A stretch of DNA of 64,000 nucleotides. It comes from Hormiphora californensis (Eukaryota; Animalia; Ctenophora). The notes beneath the pieces are model-generated. The model had not been told where the DNA came from and did not search any database. It saw nothing but the letters and a program-made list of their open reading frames with translations. Where the stretch lies: positions 5,270,001-5,334,000 of the forward strand of contig CM035354.1 in assembly GCA_020137815.1 (NCBI GenBank). The letters run 5' to 3'. Both the position numbers and the translations under genes were made by a program. Positions within the stretch are counted from its first letter, which is position 1. Every line of letters starts with the position of its first letter. This document shows positions 55,062 through 64,000 of the stretch, piece after piece.

Positions 55062-58000
55062 ATGCTCTCGAATGAGCTTTTGAGTGTCCTGAGTACTGAT
55101 CCAAAACGAAGTAAGTGTGGGAACTGACTCATTGGGTATACTGTTTCTATTCCGAAGGTTCGGATTATCAGGAATCATGACAACTTGTGCTACCAGGTCA
55201 TGAGGACACAATTCACGATATTCAGTTCAACTGGTTTGGAGATATGATGGCAACATGTTCCTCCGATCACAAGGTAAAGAAACACAACCCACCTACCATA
55301 TTTGAGACATCACCCGTTTGAGACATCACCTGTTTGAGACATCACCCGTTTGAGACATCACCCTCACTCTCAGGTTAAGATATGGAAGAAGATTGGTGAC
55401 ATGTGGTCGGTGGTCAAAGAGCTACCGGGTCACATAGCACCGGGTCATATAGCACCAGTTTGGAGAATGTCCTGGGCACACCCTGATTATGGGGTGTTAC
55501 TGGCGACCTGTAGTATGGACAGTAGAGCAATTATCTGGCGTATGGTACGTGCATAATAGCTTGATCGTGTATAGGAGAGAGAGAGAGAGAGAGAGAGATA
55601 TTTGCACCTGTCCTTATAATTGTGATATCTTTGCAGGCCAATGATGATGTGACGGAGTGGACTAAGAAGGTTCTGATGGACAGCGTTACACCTGTTATAG
55701 ATGTGAAGTTTGCACCACGGACCTGGTCCTCTGCTGATATGAGCCCTGGAAAACCAGGTACAGATTCTTTCTTGGAATGGATGGCTGATAATTATATAGA
55801 ACTTTTGGTACTTTTGCCTAACACAAAATCTATCCCCGTATAATTCCCAGATTATATAATTGTATAATTCTACAGACATGTTACGTAACCCATGTCTAAG
55901 CTACACCCCTTCTAATTCCCAGATATGTTGTTACTGGCGACGTGTTGTGATAAAGCAGTTTTCTTCTATATTGTAGAGCCTAACCCGCACCTGAATGACA
56001 CAGACGGCAATCGTCTCTCACAATACACGGTACTCAGATTCTCTGTACTTTCAAATCTTTCTTTTTGTCATGTGGGTTTTTACTCAAACGAAGATTACAA
56101 GGCGACATGTCTACCGCACCCAATGTTTCCTATTTTCTCCTTGTCCCTTTCCCCTCACAATTGTTCCCATTTCCCTTACAATTGTTCCCTTTCCCCTCAC
56201 AATTGTTCCCATTTCCCTTACAATTGTTCCCTTTCCCCTCACAATTGTTCCCTGTTCCCTAGATAGAGGAACATGCTGGTAACATCTCGTGTTTAGCATG
56301 GAACTCCCTCTCAGACTTCTCTCAGCTTGTGCTGGCTGTGGGCTTCTCAAGTGACAAGGGGCTCTCACGAATTGATCTTTACTCTTTTGAGGATAGTCCT
56401 ACACCTAACTCGGTATACTAAGTTTTACCGGGGGACATTTGGTGTCAATATTTCACTACTTTTCTATTCATCAATACTTATTACAGGACCAAGTATCGAA
56501 GAACAAGACTAGGATTATGACACTTCGTCTAAATAGCAAGCTCCAGCACATGGCATTCCGGCCTAATAACGGCTCTAGAAGAAACGTCCTCGCTGTAGCC
56601 ACGGAGCACAAATTATTGGTCTACAAGCTATACAGTGATGTAAGCAGAAATATTTCTTATATTATACATACAGCTTAGCATTCATTATTAATTATGTATC
56701 TAGAAATGTTTAGCCTATTTTTATACGTGTTTTACTAAGCAGAGCTAGGTATTCATTAGTCGTTTATTCTTCGGATTTTAGCTTGTTTTACATGTCCTCT
56801 CTCACATTAGTTTTCTAAAGACCTACTGCAACTGCGATATTAGAAATGACGTACTAAGTCTGCTGCTGATAAATAGACAGATCCTGTCTGGTACTAGTGA
56901 CTAGTCTGTATCATATCCAACCAGTGAGATCATAGTTCAATATTGCTAAGTTAACTTTCACCCAGATCTTTCTTTTTCGACCGTTGTAATTCTTTTTTAT
57001 TAGACCTGATATTTTACCGTTTATGTCTATTTCACTGATGCCTGGTCCACTTTGCTAAAATCTCTAACTTGTCAGTCCCCTCAGGCCTCATTCCCCTAAT
57101 CCATTCCCCACTCTTTACTCCCCCACAGGAAGAGATACCACCTGAGTCAGATGGGGTTGAATCCTTCAAGGATGACGTCAAGCAGGTCAGCTGGGACATA
57201 TTTGGTACCCAGATACTCACCATGTTCTCCAATGGGACCCTGAAAACCTTCTCTTGGAAGTAAGTCATCTTTCTACTTGTTGTATGTTCTAACCGGGGGG
57301 GGGGGTTAGAGAGGGCTCATTCCTTGCTCAGGTGTGAAACACCTACCAAGGGAAAGTGAGGGTTACCTAGCTACCAGTCTCTCTCCCACCTACTAAGTAA
57401 CCAGATTATAGGTAAAATTATGTAATGTGAGGGGAAGTGTTAGCTGTATAGGTAGAGAGATAGGGAATAGGATCAGAAAGCGATCAGTTATAAATAGCAG
57501 AAATATATGCTGTAATCTGTAATATAATAGCACTGCAATATGGAGGAGAGGGAAAGTTGATGGAGGGAAAAAAGGAAATATATATGATAAACTGGGTCGT
57601 TCTGGCACTGGCGGTGTTAGTGGTCGAATTACAAAAGTTGACACGCTGTTACGAACCCACAATTCATATGTCTTTGTGACAATATTACTATTACAGTGAA
57701 CCACAATACAGCCCCCCTCTTGGTGTTCATGATACTTGTATACATTTCTCTCTTTTGTTCACAACCTCATGTTGTAATTAGAATACCAAGAGAGAAATGT
57801 AGAAATGCTATCACGTTGAATAAAGATTTCAGGAAATTGCAAAAATAACTAAAAAAGTAAAGAGAATAACTCATTTTATATGCCGCTGTCATGTGATCCT
57901 AGCATTTGCATAATTCATCATCTCTCTCGCTTTGTGAACTCTGTCATTATTCTTGTTGACAGCTATACATCACCATGTGCATGATGTACTCTCTCAGAGT

Positions 58001-58586
58001 ACATTGTTGACCGAACATATACTGCACTATTACACGCATGCATCCCTTTAAATACGCTGCTGTCTGTGTCTTTTGAATTAAGAACTCCAATTTCATACAC
58101 CAGTGTTAGGTAGAAATTTATAATTTTGAGTCAGGGCCAACCAGTGCTTGGTATTACTCAAAAGAAGAGCTCCCTGCCGGGTTAATGACTGGACTGTAAT
58201 TATATGCTCTCTAGAGGCCAGTCTTGTCGACTTACCGCATTACTAAACCCATGATGAATGCCACGCCCTTTACTGTTTACTGGGTTGGGAGAGAGTTTCG
58301 AGTCAGTGCAGTAACTTAGTCTGGAGCAGTCCTATAAATCACTTCTCTAATACTCACATGTAGGCTACTTTTGGAAATACTTTTGCCTGTCTTATATATT
58401 GACAATCTGTACTGTGAGGATTTCTGCAAGCCCCCCCCCTCTCCCAACTTTGCTCCTCTCTTATTCTGTTAATTAATTAATGTTAATTAATTATTAATTG
58501 CTCTACTCAGGTATAAACCACAACGACAGTGGGCCAGTAGGGAGCTGGTATCCCGCAAAGAGCTCGACCAATGTATACGGGACTAG
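55062..58586 (+). CDS. SEH1: Nucleoporin SEH1 (WD40; Y-complex/GATOR2 subunit), multi-exon
   Basis: Spliced [67 protein letters not shown]. The segments [36 protein letters not shown] and [11 protein letters not shown] fit SEH1 better than SEC13. Last exon 58511-58586. Confidence 0.88.
55301..55363. repeat. 16-bp tandem repeat (TTTGAGACATCACCCG) x4 in a SEH1 intron
   Basis: Directly visible. Confidence 0.9.
56143..56258. repeat. 21-bp tandem repeat with two alternating variants in a SEH1 intron
   Basis: CCCTTTCCCCTCACAATTGTT alternates with CCCATTTCCCTTACAATTGTT. Confidence 0.88.
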
Positions 58587-58825
58587 GGGGACACGTGACA
58601 AGTCATCTAGGGGGACTGGAGAGGAGCTGTGTTACTATGTACCAGGAGACGACTAGAATCCTAGAGAGATCATGTGTATGTGTGACAAATATACAGTGGG
58701 AGACCACGTGATAAACACTACACACTGATCACGTGTCGAGTATAAGACCTGAAGGTTGGACACGTGGTTATGTGTTGTCGTGGATAGCATGATGCTCTTC
58801 TCACAACATGGTACTGAGTAAGCAG

Positions 58826-58928
<103 letters not shown>

Positions 58929-59428
58929 ATCTCTTTTTACTTTTCTCCCTCTTTACTTTTCTTTTTCTCTCTCGCTCTTTCTCAAGTATACGTGGGGTAT
59001 CTTTTTAATTTGTTTGTTGTGTATGAACGTTGAAATTGACCGGTTTTGTTCAATATTTCTCGTTTTTTTCTCTTTCTCTTACGTCCCGCTTACACATCAG
59101 TCATCAGATGACACAAATACTTTTTGGTCCAATTATCTAATTTAATAATTTCTTGAAATGAACAATAGTGAACTTCTTTTTTATAACAGACAGAATGTTC
59201 CCACCCACAGGAACCGTGACGAAGGATCGTTTAAATTTGATCGTTTAGCCCAGGTTAAACATTTCCTGATTTTTCTAATCACGGCCATGATAATTTGTTC
59301 CATGGAATTGGTCACAGTGGTTGACTGTGTAATTAATTTTCTGAACTGCAATTTCGACATTGCGTTGTTAAGCCATTTAGTTAATGTTTTCGGCATTTTA
59401 ATGCTCCCTTTAATTTAATAGCCCTGCT

Positions 59429-60115
59429 TTTTAAGTTAACTAATGCATATCCAAAAGTGTCTGTAGCTATTTGGGTGATGTTCTGACAATCCAATCACGA
59501 GTTATGACCAAAAAACAGTCAAAAAAGACGTTTTAAAGTGACAAAAAGGAGGACCTGAACACAGCCCTTATATGAAGGGTTGGGGCTATGAAACTTCTTG
59601 AGTGGACAGAGAATCGTCCAAATTTGCAGTGTCAACTTTGGAATAGTTTCTATCTTTTGTAGTTATCTAATTAGAGCCGTTGAAACATGTGAGACGATCT
59701 GCAAAACAGGGTTATTTGGTACTGTTTCCACCCCATATTGCTTGCTCTCACCGCTTGTATGCTTTAATCTGCTCTCTAATTGGGTAAATCTCGTCAAGTG
59801 ATCACTTCACAAGCAAAAATACACAGTATTAGAGGCCCCTACAGCATCTTCTCACATGTTTAAACAGCTCTAATGAGATAACTACAAAAGATAGAAACTA
59901 TTCCAAAGTTGACACTGCAAATTTGGACGATTCTCTGTCCACTCAAGAAGTTTCATAGCCCCAACCCTTCATATAAGGGCTGTGTTCAGGTCCTCCTTTT
60001 TGTCACTTTAAAACGTCTTTTTTGACTGTTTTTTGGTCATAACTTGTGATTGGATTGTCAGAACATCACCCAAATAGCTACAGACACTTTTGGATATGCA
60101 TTAGTTAACTTAAAA
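59429..60115. mobile_element. Foldback MITE (~690 bp) between SEH1 and the ZIP gene
   Basis: TTTTAAGTTAACTAATGCATATCCAAAAGTGTCTGTAGC ... GCTACAGACACTTTTGGATATGCATTAGTTAACTTAAAA, with ~250-bp near-perfect arms. Confidence 0.9.
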
Positions 60116-60250
60116 CCGGTTTCAAGATGATCCAAGCACTCCTTCCGTGGGCACGACCGCGCACCAATAGTGTTCCTAACTATTTTATAACCCACTACCC
60201 CATTTTGAATTACTCGTTTTGTTAACCATATCGCCAGTTTTAGGTTTAGT

Positions 60251-62420
60251 ATGGGCGAGGGTGAGCTATTTATTGATGATGATCATCTACTGGAAGAATT
60301 ACAGGTACAACATCATAATTGTTCTCACTATTTCACAGACAAGTGTCCGATTTCAGTTTCAATTGTCCGATTTTTAGTTTCGAACTCTAAAGGTTTGTTC
60401 CTGTTTCAGAATATTAATTCCAGTGCCCACCACGGTGAGGAGGAAGGTGGAGATGAGCTATTGTCAGCACACCACATTCTAACTGTCAAGTGTGTCGGGA
60501 TCTTCGTTATGATGGGTATGAATTATTGCCAATTTACATAAAACACATCCCTTGGAATACTGTTATTCTAAGTTCTAACCCTCATTTTCAAAATTTGTGG
60601 GTGCTGTAAGAGAGATTCGATCAATGTAATGCTGGTGCTAATACCTAACTCCTCTTTGATCAGCCCTAACGACACTGTTCTGTTTGCTGCCCTACAAAAC
60701 GTACTCCTGTGAACACAGACAGCGACTGATATCCTTCGCAAACTGCTTTGGAGGAGGAGTTCTATTTGGAACTATCTTTTTACATCTCATCCCTGAGGTA
60801 GCTGTAGGGTGATTGAGGGATTTGAATTGTCAGACAGTGTTATTATGATAGAGATATACTAATGATGTCTGATGATATAGTGATACTAATGACCTGTGTA
60901 TTATATTTGTAGGTTTCTGTTCAAATGAACGAGTACCAGCTGATGACGGAGCGAACCTTTCCCATCCCACTTGCTGAGACATTAGAGGTAGGAGAGAGAA
61001 GGAAAATTAGGGATTCTACTTAGGGATGTTTAATTTCTTTGTGCAATGGAAATGGCCTTGACGTCAGGTTGACGTCACAATGTTTAGAAGAAAGTTCCGC
61101 CCACTCCTCTATTTGAGTGGCTATTTATAATTGGCTAAACTATTAGCATGATACCCAGCTTTAACCGATACCCCATCAGGTTCTAGGATTCTGTCTGATT
61201 CTCTTCCTGGAAACTTTATTCGACGAGTTATCTGTTAGAAAACTAAGAAAGGGAATGTTCGCTGACGACTGTGAAAAGTGTGAAGAGAACCATAATAATC
61301 TCCACGTGTTACAGAATGTTAATCCCACTGAGTGTGAGGCATCCCAACCGGTTAGTATAGCTTCTGAGAAATTGTTCAGACAGAGAATGACAAATTCTGA
61401 TAAATCTACCATTGAACTCTTTTCTCTTACTGATCCTTAGTTTACTTATTCAATCTCTCCCCTTATAGGCGGATACATCAGATATCATAGCAGCGGATAA
61501 GAATGGTCTACTAGTGAATTCTAAAGTCCCTAAAACATGTGTCGTTGAGAAGAGACATAACATTGCCATACTGCTTGCCTCACTCGTTACACACTCAGTT
61601 TTCGAAGGTAGGACGAATCGTTGCTTGTTAAGAAGAAATGTTAAACCTCGTCTAGCTTTTATTAATTTAAAACCTTCAGGTGGAGCTGTGGGCGTGGAGA
61701 GAGAAACGCAGACTCTGTTAGGCCTTCTAGGAGCAATTTTGATACACAAATGTGCCATTGCTCTTACTCTCGGGTTAGTAGTGATGGAGGGCGCGGTGAC
61801 TCAGTTGTAATCGAATTTGGCGCGGTGTTGTGTATGCGCGCAGCAACACAGGCCACACTTGGCCGCATAGTTTGGAATCAGAAATAACTTCGTTGGGCTT
61901 CAGCCCAATGTTCTCACATCCCGTTACATTTTGTCACATGTCCGTAACGGCTGTAACACTTGTATGGATGTCACTAACTCTTCCCATTCTCCTAGATCTC
62001 GGTTGGTAACCCAAAAGATTAGGTTCCAAAAGGGTTGTATCTACGCAATGCTGCTATCTCTGGGTACTCCCGTTGGCATTGTTCTGGGCGTGACCGTGGA
62101 GGCGAAACTAAATGGCAGTATTTTAGATCTTGTCTCAGCAACCATACAGGTATGGAGCCACTACTCGAGTTCTTTTTGTTTAGAAACCAAGTATTGATGT
62201 TCTAAAACCTGTCCTAATATTTCATCTTCCCATCCAGGCACTAGGAATTGGAATTTTCCTCTACATCACCTTTGCAGAGATCCTCTTCCCCGAACTAAAG
62301 GACAAGCAGAACATGCACTACAAGATACCTATCATTTGTCTAGGGATACTGGTGATCGGGTGCGCCTCTCTGCTGCACGACCACAACCATGGCAGTCACG
62401 AGGGTCATGATCACGATTAG
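60251..62420 (+). CDS. ZIP (SLC39) zinc transporter, ZIP1/2/3-like, multi-exon
   Basis: ANCFGGGVLFGTIFLHLIPE (TM2), THSVFEGGAVG (TM4), IHKCAIAL (TM5), LGTPVGIVLG, GIGIFLYITFAEIL; C-terminus HDHNHGSHEGHDHD*. Confidence 0.93.
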
Positions 62421-63796
62421 GGAGAGAGACACATTAGTGTGTGCAGATAGAGACAGATAGAGTCAGAAGAAGATAGAAGATGGTAGAAGAAGAGAAAGAG
62501 AGAGAGGGGAGAGAGATGTAGAAGAAGAGATAGATAGAGAGACAGATAGACCCACGAATCGCCTAATGACAGATAGCTAAAGTCTTGTCACCATACTTAA
62601 ATCATTGATTGAAGCTCTAAGCTTTTTAGAAGCTTACCAACCTATTTTCTAACACAGCACCCTTTTTTGTTTTTTATGTACCTTTTCTTTTTTGTATAAA
62701 AAGTGTTATATCTTTCTTATCTGTAGTATTTATAAATAGTACAATTCTCAACTTAAATTCAAAACTTAATATGTTAATCCATTCTTTTATCTGCTGTATT
62801 TATTCCTGTTTTTTATGCTAACTTATAACATGCTGTGAAAAGTGTCAAATCTTTACACGCGCTGTTAACTTGTCTCTATGTAAAAAGTGTTAAGATAATA
62901 TTTTCTAAATTGATTCAAAGAAATTCGTGTCTCAGTTTTCCACAGCCAGAACAAGACTGCATTCTGTAATTTCGGCCTGGTTAGGAGAGCCTCTCCAGGG
63001 AGAGGCAGTCTTTTGTGAGAGTGTACAGTTCAGTTCAGTTCAGTTCAAGAATTAGTGAAAACACAGGATACATTAAAATAATAAAAACACACGGTCAGCT
63101 CAGCGAACATAAAATCACACAAGAATGTTACGAGCGCAGCACCACTCCAATATTGAATTGCTGTTGGCTTGAGCAGGGTAACCGCTGACAGGGGGTGTGT
63201 CAGGAAAAGTGGAGAGAAAACTACCCAACTGAGATTTGAACTGGTGAAGCCTCTTTTACAGTTCGTGTACTATCATGGCCGTGGTATAACCAGACCGGCG
63301 ATGCAATTCTTCGTTCATGTCAACTCTCATCCAAGTCCAGGCTGTCCAATAACACAGTGCAGCACACGAATGTACAATGTATTCCAGCGCGCACCACCCA
63401 GTTTGGATGTCACCGCGCGTCACATAACAACACCTCACAATACAACCTGATCCGATCAGTTTCATAACATGAGCATTACATTGAGAATATTTTGGCGTAA
63501 CTCGGTTTGGTGAGAGGCCTGTTACACGATTATAGAATGGATAAATCAGTATTCCTATGACAACATGTATCCATATGAATCTACTAGCTGTTACCGGTCT
63601 CAGCTCGGCCAGAGTGTTCCTCCATGATAACAGTGTGGTCCCTAGCAACAAAATGACTTATCACAATTCATTCAATTTTCTCAACCATACCTTCATTTTA
63701 CACATTATAGCGCTCGTGTGTCTCCTTTCAGTTTCATGAGCCCTTAGTCCCCTGTCCAGACTGCATGTCATGTCTTTCAACCACACCAATCACTGT

Positions 63797-64000
<204 letters not shown>

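Noticed and set aside
63256-63651. Possible dermatopontin-like fragment (CYWTAWT..)
   Set aside because: Resemblance is weak, needs frameshifts, and cannot be supported without a search.

Overview
Animal genomic DNA with GT-AG introns and abundant (GA/CT)n microsatellites. The GPCR type, nested genes and 3' splice acceptors just before start codons suggest a ctenophore-like non-bilaterian (inference only). On the minus strand, a ~44 kb, ~28-30 exon DIP2 gene (54495->10488) hosts an antisense GPCR, a same-strand intronless Ral-like GTPase, several foldback MITEs and a 1.7 kb poly(A)-tailed retroposon with a 14-bp target-site duplication (TSD). Downstream lie a 3-exon Argonaute-family gene and the intronless CDSs of RPLP2 and RPS17. 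SEH1 (head-to-head with DIP2) and a ZIP zinc transporter are on the plus strand. The most notable item is the Argonaute. Manual splicing gives an intact 498-aa protein in which the N-terminal strand joins directly to L2-MID-PIWI, so the N, L1 and PAZ domains are absent. Its slicer tetrad is broken but the guide 5'-phosphate pocket is largely kept, making it a candidate short eukaryotic Argonaute. Parts of 36.4-51.3 kb look like low-accuracy sequence. All alignments were done by eye; no searches were run.
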